Source of the DNA: an uncultured delta proteobacterium
GTDB lineage: Bacteria; Desulfobacterota; Binatia; UBA9968
Assembly (NCBI GenBank): GCA_963728565.1
Contig: CAVSLC010000013.1
Location: forward strand, 64,001 to 128,000
Reading direction: 5' to 3'
Length of the DNA stretch: 64,000 bases
Position 1 is the first letter of the stretch; every line of letters begins with the position of its first letter. The notes beneath the pieces are model-generated. The model made no database searches. It worked only from the letters and a program-made list of their open reading frames with translations, and was not told where the DNA came from. The translations under genes and the position numbers were made by a program. This document shows positions 1 to 9,241 of this stretch, one piece after another.

Positions 1-176
1 ATAAGAACATTCTTGCCCTTAAGATTGCTCAGCTTTAGCTTGCCGCCTTTGCTGCTCTCAAGCTCAAAGTCCGGCGCCTTGTCGCCGACCTCAAGCGCCG
101 GTGCAGCGGAACTTGCGCCGACAATGACAGCTATTGCTATCACCAATGAAAACATCAATTTTGCGATTGATTTCAT
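1..176 (-). CDS. Exported redoxin/peroxiredoxin (AhpC/TSA family), N-terminal part, runs off the window
   Basis: Not in the ORF track. Manual translation from ATG 176: MKSIAKLMFSLVIAIAVIVGASSAAPALEVGDKAPDFELESSKGGKLKLSNLKGKNVL, i.e. a signal peptide plus the typical VGDKAPDF...L..LKGK redoxin start. Strong RBS AAAGGAGG upstream. Confidence 0.8.
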   Translation of the reverse strand, partial: MKSIAKLMFSLVIAIAVIVGASSAAPALEVGDKAPDFELESSKGGKLKLSNLKGKNVL

Positions 177-518
177 CACTTCCTCCTTTGACGAAAACTT
201 CTGGTCGATATTCGGAAATTCACCGCTTTATGTCTCAGTTCATGGGTACTGTCAACGGTAGCAAGACAACAGTATGGGTTGATTTCCATGGGCGCTTTTG
301 CCGATTGACAGAAGCAAGAGCAGTAATCCCACTCGCGATGGTTGACACATACGCCGGAGGATAGGACAAAATTCCAAAGGCACGAACGCGCTCTTCGCCG
401 CACACCGTGAGAACGTTACCAAGTTATACCTATGTCACGCCGATGACACGCCGACTGAAGTCCAAAGTCGCTTCGAAGTCACCAATGCGATGGCAAGAGC
501 GCTTTATAGGACTGCGCA

Positions 519-1121
519 TTAGAGAATCGCCTTGATCGCGGATCGTTGTTTCATTCGCTCGACATAGCTTGCCAGCCGCGGCAGCGACTTATCCGGCAGT
601 ACGCCGAACCCTTCGAGCCGAAGAAAACGGGGAATCAGGGCTGCGTCCGCAAGTGAAAAATCTCCTACCAAGTAAGGTTGATCGCCGATCTCATTCTCCA
701 GTCTTTGCAGCATTTTTCTAAGCTCGGTCTGGGCCTCCGTAATCACGTCCTTATTTTGTTCCTTCTCGTCTTTCACCATTTCCATGCGTAGTTTTTGATA
801 TTGACCCTCCAGGTGGGTTAATCCGTAATCGGTCAAGATGCGAGCTTTGGCTTTTTTAGCGGGATCCTGCGGCATGAGGGGAGGCGTTGAATATTTATCG
901 TCAAGGTATTCATTGATGATACAGGATTCATACAACACCGTGTCGCCGTCGGTGACGACGGGGACTTTCCCATTTGGATTCAGTTTGAGGAATTCAGGCG
1001 TTTTTTGCGCATGCGCTCTCAGGTCAACGGGAACTGTTTCGTAAGGCAGATTTTTTTCCGCCAGGACAACCCGCACCCGCTGGCAATTAGGTGACGACTT
1101 AAAATCATAGAGCTTGATCAT
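519..1121 (-). CDS. Glutathione S-transferase family protein
   Basis: Motifs MIKLYDFKSSPNCQRV, LNPNGKVP, LYESCIINEYL, GDFSLADA. Start placed at ATG 1121 instead of the longer ORF start that overlaps the divergent gene. Confidence 0.9.
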   Translation of the reverse strand: MIKLYDFKSSPNCQRVRVVLAEKNLPYETVPVDLRAHAQKTPEFLKLNPNGKVPVVTDGDTVLYESCIINEYLDDKYSTPPLMPQDPAKKAKARILTDYGLTHLEGQYQKLRMEMVKDEKEQNKDVITEAQTELRKMLQRLENEIGDQPYLVGDFSLADAALIPRFLRLEGFGVLPDKSLPRLASYVERMKQRSAIKAIL

Positions 1122-1260
1122 TGTCTGTCCTTTCAAGACCAGGATTGATACCGAACTTATACTGAGATTCTGTTTAAACGCAAAGGCGAAGTCGAAAACT
1201 CGCTTGATATGGCTAATCTTTGATGTTAAGCGGATAGCGATTGGCCGGAGTTTTTTTCCG

Positions 1261-1785
1261 ATGAGCGCGGAAGAAGCAGCTGCTACAAAGATCATTACCG
1301 GGATAAAACAAGCCGGTATCAATTTGATCGCCACTTTGCCCGACGTCAACCTCGCGCAGTTGCTGCATGCTGTCGAGGAAGACCCCGATCTCCTACACGT
1401 GCCACTGTGCCGCGAGGAGGAAGGAATCGGTATCTGCGCAGGAGCCTATCTTGTCGGAAAGAAGTGTGCCGCGGTGATGCAGAACGGTGGCTTCTTCAAT
1501 AGTAATAACGCCATCATCAGCACGCTCTTACAGTATCAAATCCCGCTGCTGCTGATGATCTACTATGCCGGGGATGTTGGTGATCGGACCTTCAGCACTT
1601 CGGGCAGTATGACGGAACCTGTGCTCCAGGCACTCGGGATCCGATATTACATCATGCGCGAGACCGCCGACGCGCCGGAGCTGATCAAGCGGGCGCAGAT
1701 CTTGGCCGAGGATTCGAAAAGGCCGGTTGCGCTGCTCCTCACTAAAGAAGTCCTGGGGCGCCGTGCCGCGCTTAGATCGCTCTAG
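1261..1785 (+). CDS. TPP-dependent decarboxylase alpha subunit (sulfopyruvate/phosphonopyruvate decarboxylase ComD-like)
   Basis: CREEEGIGICAGAYLVGK and MQNGGFFNSNN match the Pyr domain of the ComD family. Confidence 0.8.
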   Translation: MSAEEAAATKIITGIKQAGINLIATLPDVNLAQLLHAVEEDPDLLHVPLCREEEGIGICAGAYLVGKKCAAVMQNGGFFNSNNAIISTLLQYQIPLLLMIYYAGDVGDRTFSTSGSMTEPVLQALGIRYYIMRETADAPELIKRAQILAEDSKRPVALLLTKEVLGRRAALRSL

Positions 1786-1822
1786 CCCGGTTCTTAGATC
1801 AAGCAAAGCTGAACGTTTTTGT

Positions 1823-2428
1823 ATGAAAAGATTCGATTGCTTGAAACTCGTTGCTGCAGAGGCGAAGGACGCTTTGGTAGTCAGTTCCGCCGGAGCGATG
1901 ACTCTGGAGTGGAATGCCCTGCGTCCGGGAGACGGCAATTTGCGGGTTCGTACCCTGGGTCTGTGTTCGTCCATCGCACTTGGTATGGCATTGGGCTTGC
2001 CCCATCGCAAGATCATAGCCTTGGATGGTGACGGGTCTTTGTTAATGAATCTGTGTTCATTACCGACGATCGCTCGCATGCAACCAGGCAACTTAGTCCA
2101 TATTGTTTTCGATAATGAAGTTTATGAGGCCTCCGGCAGCAAGAAAACAGCGACTGCTTGTGGGACTGACTTAGTCGGAGTGGCTCGTGCGGCGGGAATC
2201 AAGAACTCCGATTGGGCAAATAATCTCAGCGAGTTTGGTAGAGCGATTTTGGCGGGTATGACGACCAATGAGCTGACATTTATTGGTGCCAAAGTCACAA
2301 CCGAGCGAACTGAGGTTAGCCCATATCCGCTCGATGAAGTGGAAAACAAGTATCGCTTCATTCGTTACGTTGAAAGGACCGAGCAAGTTGAGATTCTCAA
2401 GAAGAATTTGCCGGCCAGTTATGTTTAA
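1823..2428 (+). CDS. TPP-dependent decarboxylase beta subunit (ComE-like)
   Basis: TPP-binding motif DGDGSLLMN...FDNEVY; directly follows the alpha subunit. Confidence 0.8.
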   Translation: MKRFDCLKLVAAEAKDALVVSSAGAMTLEWNALRPGDGNLRVRTLGLCSSIALGMALGLPHRKIIALDGDGSLLMNLCSLPTIARMQPGNLVHIVFDNEVYEASGSKKTATACGTDLVGVARAAGIKNSDWANNLSEFGRAILAGMTTNELTFIGAKVTTERTEVSPYPLDEVENKYRFIRYVERTEQVEILKKNLPASYV

Positions 2429-2456
2429 TTCCGTCCGACACCATCTTTGAGGCACA

Positions 2457-3491
2457 ATGAAAATTGATATCGAATTTAACTCCGGGGCCCAGCTGCCGAT
2501 GGACGCAATCCCGGAGCTGGCGCGTCTCGCCGAGGCAAACGGCTTCGATTGTGCCTGGGGTGGAGAGGCTAATAACAAAGATCCCACGGTAATGTTGTCA
2601 GCTATCGCCGCTGTAACTACCCAGCTCAAAATAGGTTCGGCGATCTATCACATCCTCGGCCGCACGCCGGCAACGTTAGCATTGCAAGCGGTGGGTCTCG
2701 ACGAGTTATCCGGCGGAAGATTTCTCTTGGGCATCGGTTCATCCAATCCGACGATTGCCAAGTGGCACGGTCAAATATTAGATCAACCGCTCGGCCGGGT
2801 TCGTGAGTACATCGAGATTGTTCAATCCGCTGCACGCGGGGAGAAGCTTGACTTTGATGGCAAGTTTTTCACGGCACACAATTTCAAAATGGCATTTAAG
2901 CCGTCGGGTCGTATCATACCTATCTATCTAGCCGCCTTCGGTCCCAAAATGACACGCCTGGCGGGCCGGATTGCCGATGGCGTTTTAATCAATATGGCCA
3001 ATCCCGCTGAAATCCGGCGAATCGCCGATGAGGTCCGCAAAGGTGCTGAAGAGGCGGGGAAAGATCCGGCCGGCATGCAGATCATTTGCAAGATTCGCTG
3101 CTCCATTGCTGAAACTTCTGCCGCGGCCCGAGATGCTTTGAGCCATGCGCTAACCTATTACGCGCTAGCTGATTATTATCGCGACCTCCTCGGCCGCATG
3201 GGATTCGCAGAGGAAGTTGAGGCGATGCGCAGCGCGTGGAAAACCGGAGGCTTTCATTCCGCGCGTAAGCTGGTGAGTGATCGAATGTTCGCGAATCTGC
3301 CGCTGGTCGCCGCCACTTCTGCGCACGAAATCGTCGAGCAGATCCAGCCATACGCGGACGCCGGGGCGACACGAATCATTCTGCCGTATGTTGCGGCCAC
3401 CGACGATGTCATAGGGGAGATGAAGAGCTTCATCGAGAAATGGAACACGTCACAACCTAGCTCACCCAGGAGAGAAATTGATGCCATTTGA
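2457..3491 (+). CDS. LLM-class flavin/F420-dependent oxidoreductase
   Basis: LARLAEANGFDCAW, LDELSGGRFLLGIG, IPIYLAAFGPKM...IADGV. Confidence 0.85.
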   Translation: MKIDIEFNSGAQLPMDAIPELARLAEANGFDCAWGGEANNKDPTVMLSAIAAVTTQLKIGSAIYHILGRTPATLALQAVGLDELSGGRFLLGIGSSNPTIAKWHGQILDQPLGRVREYIEIVQSAARGEKLDFDGKFFTAHNFKMAFKPSGRIIPIYLAAFGPKMTRLAGRIADGVLINMANPAEIRRIADEVRKGAEEAGKDPAGMQIICKIRCSIAETSAAARDALSHALTYYALADYYRDLLGRMGFAEEVEAMRSAWKTGGFHSARKLVSDRMFANLPLVAATSAHEIVEQIQPYADAGATRIILPYVAATDDVIGEMKSFIEKWNTSQPSSPRREIDAI

Positions 3492-3882
3492 ATTGTTGAA
3501 CCCGTCCGGTTTGGAGTCACCAGTCGGTTACGCTCATGTAGCCAAGATCGCCCGCGGTGACATCGTCCATGTAGCGGGACAGGCGCCGTTCGACTCTCAG
3601 GGGCAGGTCGTCGGCAAGGGTGATTTCGTGGCGCAGTTCGCCCAGGTGGTCCGAAATCTAAAAACCGCAGTTGCTGCAGCCGGCGGCGAGCCACAGAACT
3701 ACGCTGTCCTCACCATCTATATTACCGACCTGCGAGCCTACCTGAATAATAAAAAGGCGCTTGGGTCAATATACAAGGAGGTGTTTGGTCGACACTTTCC
3801 TGCCATTACGCTGGTGGAAGTGAAAAGCCTCTACAATCCCGATTGTATGGTCGAGATCTCAGGAGTAGCCGTTATCAATTGA
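3481..3882 (+). CDS. RidA/YjgF/YER057c family protein
   Basis: GYAHV, HVAGQ, FPAITLVEVKSL, MVEISGVA; overlaps the end of the LLM gene. Confidence 0.85.
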   Translation: MPFELLNPSGLESPVGYAHVAKIARGDIVHVAGQAPFDSQGQVVGKGDFVAQFAQVVRNLKTAVAAAGGEPQNYAVLTIYITDLRAYLNNKKALGSIYKEVFGRHFPAITLVEVKSLYNPDCMVEISGVAVIN

Positions 3883-4009
3883 ACGCCAGAAGGTCTTTCC
3901 CTACAGCTCTTGTCTTATAATTGCGCAATTGTGACAACTTTGCGCCTGCGATTTGCGTTGCCTAGCTGAGCTGGAGCCGGAACTAATGTGTTTTCGAGCT
4001 CAGTCTAAC

Positions 4010-4025
4010 TGGCACTTACTTTGCT
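4010..4025 (+). promoter_or_regulatory. sigma54 (-24/-12) promoter
   Basis: TGGCAC-TTACT-TTGCT is an exact TGGCAC-N5-TTGCW match ending 44 nt before ATG 4069. Confidence 0.75.
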
Positions 4026-4068
4026 TAAGTTGATCGATACTGAAGGTTAATAGGGAAGGTCAAAAAAC

Positions 4069-4290
4069 ATGAGTTACCGGCTAACTAGATATAATCCCAC
4101 ACCTAGCATCGAGCAAGAACGGGAACAGGATCTTCTAGAAAGCGTTACCGAAGAAGAGGTGATAATCCTGTGGCGTTCAATAAAACAAAAGGGCTTGTCA
4201 GAGGATGAGGCCTGGCATGCCATCGTTACCGGGCTTGCTCTGGATGCGGCCTTCGCAAGCAACAGGCGATCGATTCAGTATGAACACTAG
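4069..4290 (+). CDS. Small hypothetical protein (73 aa)
   Basis: ATG with a purine-rich RBS-like sequence (AGGGAAGG) and an upstream sigma54 promoter; fills an otherwise empty gap. Confidence 0.6.
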   Translation: MSYRLTRYNPTPSIEQEREQDLLESVTEEEVIILWRSIKQKGLSEDEAWHAIVTGLALDAAFASNRRSIQYEH

Positions 4291-4345
4291 TGAGTGACGC
4301 TAAACTCCCCGCAATGTACATGAACAGCTAACTCGGCTGACGCTT

Positions 4346-4838
4346 TTACGTTTGAGTTGCCTGCGGATCTGCGATTGCGACTAAATCAAAGAGAATTTGG
4401 CGATGTGATCTTTGGCCGCTCCTAAGCTCCTCCACCACCTTTGCGATCTCTGGTGTTTCTGCTGCTTTCAATTCGAGCGTGAATAGTAGATCATCCAAGG
4501 CAATCTGATCCTGCAAATCGAGGTTTAATCGCTCCCAATGGTTTTTTCCGGTTTTCGGTTCTTCTTTCGGTAATCGCGGCTTTTCTCCAAGTTTTTCAAT
4601 CACGGTTCTTACCTTTTTAGCACTATCCAATTTCTGTACTTGCGATTTCGTGTAGTTTGCGCTGGATGTGCGGATAAGGCGCGTCAGCGGCGTGCACCTC
4701 GATTTGATTGGCTAGCCGTAAAACCAGCTCGTGGGCGAGGGCTAGACCTTCCACAGGAGTCTCACCCCGGGATTGGTTATAGGCGCTTCGTTCCGGAAAC
4801 AGAAAGTTTATCAAAGAGTTGGAAATGATGCTCGGCAT
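4346..4838 (-). CDS. Hypothetical helical (ferritin-like fold?) protein, split by a frameshift near 4635
   Basis: ORFs 4623-4838 and 4346-4630 join into one ~163-aa amphipathic helical protein (...HIQRKLHEIAS/KLDSAKKVRTVIEKLGEKP...) if one base is removed. Confidence 0.55.
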
Positions 4839-5214
4839 TAAAGATCTTCAACTCCGACGATAAATTTAACTTGGTTTTATGTCAAGCTTTCGAGCATGTT
4901 ACTCGTTGACTGCGGTGGAAAAACCTGATTGAATCCCGACAATAACCAGGGGCCCGATGTCACGAATCATCCCCTTGAAATTGCCTTGGGTCAAGCTGCA
5001 ACCGTTTTAGAGCTTTTCATGGCTTGCATCCAAAGGAGCTACAAAACTCAACGGAGCCGGCCACTTATCTATTCTGAGAATCGCGGAGTCATGTTCTTTG
5101 CGCGAGGTTGCGGCATCCGAGACCTGAAAAGTCCGGAAAGATCATCAGCCAAGGGCAACCCAGTTTTTCTGCCGAACTGTTGGCGTACCTCAGCATAGCC
5201 ACGTTAAATCTTCG

Positions 5215-6190
5215 ATGCCGCAAATGACCGACGACGATAAAAAACTGCCCATCGATTTATCATTCGCTAACATCGATTTGCCGAAGCAAGAAGATTTGGA
5301 AGACGCTGATTCAAAAGAAAAAGCGTTGATTCCGTTCGATCCTTTGCAGAGGTACCTCGCAGAGATCCGCCGTTTTCCGCTACTTTCACGCGAGGAAGAA
5401 CACAAGCTGGCCGTTGAATTCAAGGAATTTGGCAATATCGAAGCCGCCTATAAGCTTGTTACCGGAAATCTTCGATTGGTGGTGATGATCGCGCGAGAAT
5501 ACCAAAAGGCATTGAAAAGCCTGCTTGATCTGATTCAAGAAGGCAATATGGGTTTGATGGAAGCGGTAAAGAACTTCGATCCTTATCGGGGTGTGCGATT
5601 CCCATCGTACGCGGTATGGTGGATTCGCGCCTATATCATTCGTTACATCATGAACGACTGGCGTATGGTCAAGATCGGAACGACTCAGGCCCAAAGAAAA
5701 CTGTTCTTCAACCTACAAAAAGAAAAGGAGCGGATTGAGGCGGAAGGCCTGACGCCAGGCCCTAAACTGCTGGCTCAGCGACTTAACGTTAAAGAAGACG
5801 AGGTTGTGGAAATGGAGCAACGCCTAGCTAATCGTGACCTTTCGGTGGATATGCCGATCGGAGAAGACGAAGAGGCAACGATGCTCAATTTTTTGCCTGA
5901 TCAAAAACAGAATCCCGAAGAACATTTCGCCGAAAGTCAGTACCGCGATTTATTGCAAAAGAAGATGGAAGACTTTGCACGCACCTTAAAAGATAAAGAG
6001 CTCGTCATTTTTCGCGAGCGGTTGCTCAATGAAGACCCGGTTACACTCCGGGAGATCGGTGAAAAATACAGTATTAGCCGAGAACGCGTCCGGCAGATCG
6101 AGGAGCGGCTTAAAAAGAAGCTCAAGACGTATTTGAGCAAAGAACTGGACGATGTTGGACGGCGCGAAAATCGGCAAAGCCGCAGATTAG
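5215..6190 (+). CDS. rpoH: RNA polymerase sigma factor, RpoH/sigma32 family
   Basis: Region 2 (NLRLVV, DLIQEGNMGLM, FPSYAVWWIRA), RpoH box QRKLFFNLQK and region 4 SRERVRQIE. Removing one G near 6157 gives a clean end DDVDGAKIGKAAD* at 6190; the ORF-track tail to 6279 looks like frameshift read-through. Confidence 0.85.
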
Positions 6191-6298
6191 CAGGGGTATT
6201 GCCCGAGGGATGTCACTCACTCGGCAGCTCGCAGTCGCGGGATCTTGTCTGTTCAACCCGGTTTTGCTACGAGAATTAGATTAGCTTAGGAGGTATCA

Positions 6299-6751
6299 TT
6301 GCAGTTCGAAAAACAGGTAGAGATTCAGGCGCCCAGAGAAAAGGTTTGGAATTTTATCTGGGATGTCGATCAGTTTATCGCTTGCGTTCCGGGTTGTAAG
6401 GAAGCTAAGACTCTTGAAGCAGGGAAGCGGTATTCCGCAACCATGGTCGAGAAAGTTGGACCATTCAAGGTTGAGTTTCCGACGACTATAGAAGTTTTGG
6501 AACGAGAAGAGTTATCACGAATCAAGGCTCAAGCGTCCGGCGCTGACAACAAAATTGGCAGCCGGATGAAATTGGATCTGGAAGTGAAGCTTCGTGAAGA
6601 AGAAAACAAAACCGTTCTTCAATTTATAGCCGGAGTCGATATCTTGGGTAAACTTGCCGCCTTGGGACATGGCATTATCAAGCGCAAGGCCGACCAGGTC
6701 CTGGACGAGTTTGCTCAGGCCGTGAAGAAGCGTTTGGAAGGAGATTCGTGA
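6299..6751 (+). CDS. coxG: CoxG/SRPBCC family protein
   Basis: APREKVWNFIWD...ACVPGC, KVGPFK, GKLAALG..IIKRKA; TTG start with AGGAGG RBS. Confidence 0.8.
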   Translation: MQFEKQVEIQAPREKVWNFIWDVDQFIACVPGCKEAKTLEAGKRYSATMVEKVGPFKVEFPTTIEVLEREELSRIKAQASGADNKIGSRMKLDLEVKLREEENKTVLQFIAGVDILGKLAALGHGIIKRKADQVLDEFAQAVKKRLEGDS

Positions 6752-6752
6752 G

Positions 6753-7619
6753 ATGCTGCGACGATTCCGTCTAGAAGAACCCACGACCGTAGCTGAGGTA
6801 GCGGAACTACTGGGACGATTCGGTGACTCGGCCAAAGTTTATGCGGGAGGAACGGAGCTTCTCCTCGCCATGAAAGAAGGCTTGGTTCAGTTTGAGCGGC
6901 TGGTGAATGTCAAAGGCGTCAGCGGTCTGAATGAGGTTAAGCAAAGTAATGGCGAAATCCATATAGGCGCTCTCTGTACCCATCACGAACTTGAAAATTC
7001 GCCGTTATTGAAGGATAAGCTGCCTGCTCTGGTGAAGCTCGAAGAGAATGTGGCAAACGTCCGAGTGCGGCAAGTAGGCACTCTTGGTGGCAATCTCTGC
7101 TTTGCCGAACCTCATGCCGATCCGGGAACGTTATTGATCGCTTTAGGAGCGCGTCTGGTTGCTGAGAAGGGAGAACGCAAACGCGAGATACCTGCGGAAT
7201 CTTTCTTCGTCGATGCTTACGAAACCTCGCTAGAAGCGGACGAGGTACTAACGCAAATTATCGTCCCGGTCCCGGCCCCACCCGCTGGGGTTTGCTATAT
7301 GAAGTTTGGTTATCTCGAGAGGCCCAGCGTCGGACTGGCGGTGATGGTAAACCTGAATACCGGCAGAACTGAGATCGACGATATCAGAATTGCGGTTGGC
7401 TGCGCCGGACCGGCGCCCAAGCGAGTTGCGGAAGCCGAAGCCTTGTTGAAAGGTATAAGCGTCGATGAGGCCACCCGAAACATTGCGCGGGCAGGGGAGT
7501 TGTCTGCTCGCGCTTCCCAAGCCATCAGTGATTTACACGGCGCGCAGGATTACAAGGAGCATATTGTCCAAGTACTTCTGAAGCGCTCATTTCAAAATGC
7601 CCTCGGCCAATGCGCATAG
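6753..7619 (+). CDS. Molybdenum hydroxylase FAD-binding (medium) subunit, CoxM/CutM-like
   Basis: YAGGTELL, VRQVGTLGGNLCFAEPHAD, SDLHGAQDYK. Confidence 0.88.
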   Translation: MLRRFRLEEPTTVAEVAELLGRFGDSAKVYAGGTELLLAMKEGLVQFERLVNVKGVSGLNEVKQSNGEIHIGALCTHHELENSPLLKDKLPALVKLEENVANVRVRQVGTLGGNLCFAEPHADPGTLLIALGARLVAEKGERKREIPAESFFVDAYETSLEADEVLTQIIVPVPAPPAGVCYMKFGYLERPSVGLAVMVNLNTGRTEIDDIRIAVGCAGPAPKRVAEAEALLKGISVDEATRNIARAGELSARASQAISDLHGAQDYKEHIVQVLLKRSFQNALGQCA

Positions 7620-7632
7620 GAGAGTTGTTTAG

Positions 7633-8154
7633 ATGGCAATGACAATGTTACGACGTTCAGATTTACAGACGTTACCGGTTTCGTTTACGCTAAACGGTAA
7701 ATTGCAGGAATTAGATGTAGAGCCGCATGAACTGCTTTTGGATGTTATACGGGATCGATTGGGACTTACTGGAGCCAAACGATCGTGCGACGTACAAGTT
7801 TGCGGCGCTTGCACGCTGCTGGTGGATGGAAGGCCGGTGAGCGCCTGTACCACGTTAGCCTTTGAAGTCAGAGGGAAAAGTGTGATGACGATCGAAGGTT
7901 TGGCAGAAAACGGCAAGTTGCATCCACTCCAGCAAGCCTTTATTGAGCATGGAGGATTTCAATGTGGCTTTTGTACCCCGGGAATGATTCTCGCAGCCAA
8001 GGCCTTATTAGATGAAAACCCTCATCCGACCGAGGAAGAATTGAAACATTTCATGCACGGCAACATCTGTCGTTGCACCGGATACAAAAAGATCATCGAA
8101 TCCATCATGGCTGCCGCAGCGAACATGTCTGAGGCTACGCAGAAGGGCTCTTAG
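7633..8154 (+). CDS. Molybdenum hydroxylase [2Fe-2S] (small) subunit, CoxS/CutS-like
   Basis: CDVQVCGAC...C, QCGFCTPG and NICRCTGY iron-sulfur motifs. Confidence 0.9.
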   Translation: MAMTMLRRSDLQTLPVSFTLNGKLQELDVEPHELLLDVIRDRLGLTGAKRSCDVQVCGACTLLVDGRPVSACTTLAFEVRGKSVMTIEGLAENGKLHPLQQAFIEHGGFQCGFCTPGMILAAKALLDENPHPTEEELKHFMHGNICRCTGYKKIIESIMAAAANMSEATQKGS

Positions 8155-8314
8155 TCTCCACGGCCGAGCGATATCACAAGGTAGGCTCCACAGTCAGCTT
8201 TGAAGGGCCGGGGAGAGTTCTGCTCCGGGTAAAAAGCCCGCTTCTCTAGAACAGCGGCATCGCTCTTTGGTTATGCAATTATGTGGTGAGTGGTATGGCG
8301 GATGGTGCTAAAGG

Positions 8315-9238
8315 CTATGCACGGATTTCCGCGCGCATAAAAAAGATGTAAGAAATCCCGAAGCAGACCGCGACCAAGCCGAATAGAGTCGTGACGTGGG
8401 GCCAGATGAGGTTCAAACTCTGTCCAAGGGCGAGCGGCGTCGGTAAGATGCCTTCCGCCTGACTTTGTAGGGCTATACCAAAAACGCGAGCAGCCGGATT
8501 CAACAATATGTGCACCGTTTCCGAAAATAGAGTGCTTGGTGAGATACGACCGATGATATTCTCGATGTCGGCGCGCCGGGCAACCGATTCAGGAGTGGAA
8601 GTATCCGGAACAACGATACTGGCTATGCCTTGACTGACGATGACAACGAACAGGGTCATAAACAGCCAAACAGCGATTGAAGCGAGAGCTGCGGTCACGG
8701 TCTTTTGGAAGAGCAATGAAAACAGCATCGCAAGCGCCAGCCAAAACCCCACATAGAAGATACCCACGACGGCAAAGATCAGCATCCGCCACAGTTCCTC
8801 GGCATTAGGTGGAAAGCCAAGCAAGGTGATACCTAGGCCAACCACTAGTAAAAGGATCGATGCCCATAGAACCGCAATTGTCGTTAGACCGGCAAAAAAC
8901 TTTCCATTGATAAAACTGTCGCGGTAGATGGGCTGTGAGAGAACCCGGCTCAATGTGCCGCGGGCGTACTCACCGCTGATGGAGTCGAAACCCAAGGTAA
9001 TGCCGACCAGGGGCCCGAAAAATCCCAGAAACGTCGCCAGCGAAAAAAGCGTTTCGCCGCTGGAGGTCAGCAGGAGAAGAAACACGTATTGGGCGGGAAC
9101 GCTTTCAGTATTCTGCCGAATCGCTTGCCCGGTTGCATAACTCGCCCAGAGCCCCGTCAGTATGATGATAAAAATCAAGATCATGAACCGGCGGCTGCTA
9201 AAGTGATCTGCCAGCTCTTTCCAAAACACCACACCCAT
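8315..9238 (-). CDS. ABC-2 type transporter permease
   Basis: KELADHF, LGFDSISGEYARGTLSRVLSQPIYR...GKF, multiple transmembrane segments. Confidence 0.85.
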   Translation of the reverse strand: MGVVFWKELADHFSSRRFMILIFIIILTGLWASYATGQAIRQNTESVPAQYVFLLLLTSSGETLFSLATFLGFFGPLVGITLGFDSISGEYARGTLSRVLSQPIYRDSFINGKFFAGLTTIAVLWASILLLVVGLGITLLGFPPNAEELWRMLIFAVVGIFYVGFWLALAMLFSLLFQKTVTAALASIAVWLFMTLFVVIVSQGIASIVVPDTSTPESVARRADIENIIGRISPSTLFSETVHILLNPAARVFGIALQSQAEGILPTPLALGQSLNLIWPHVTTLFGLVAVCFGISYIFFMRAEIRA

Positions 9239-9241
9239 GTT

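Noticed and set aside
1-176. Redoxin as a possible selenoprotein
   Set aside because: The active-site codon and any SECIS lie outside the window.
6191-6279. C-terminal extension on RpoH in the ORF track
   Set aside because: Best explained as read-through after an extra G near 6157.
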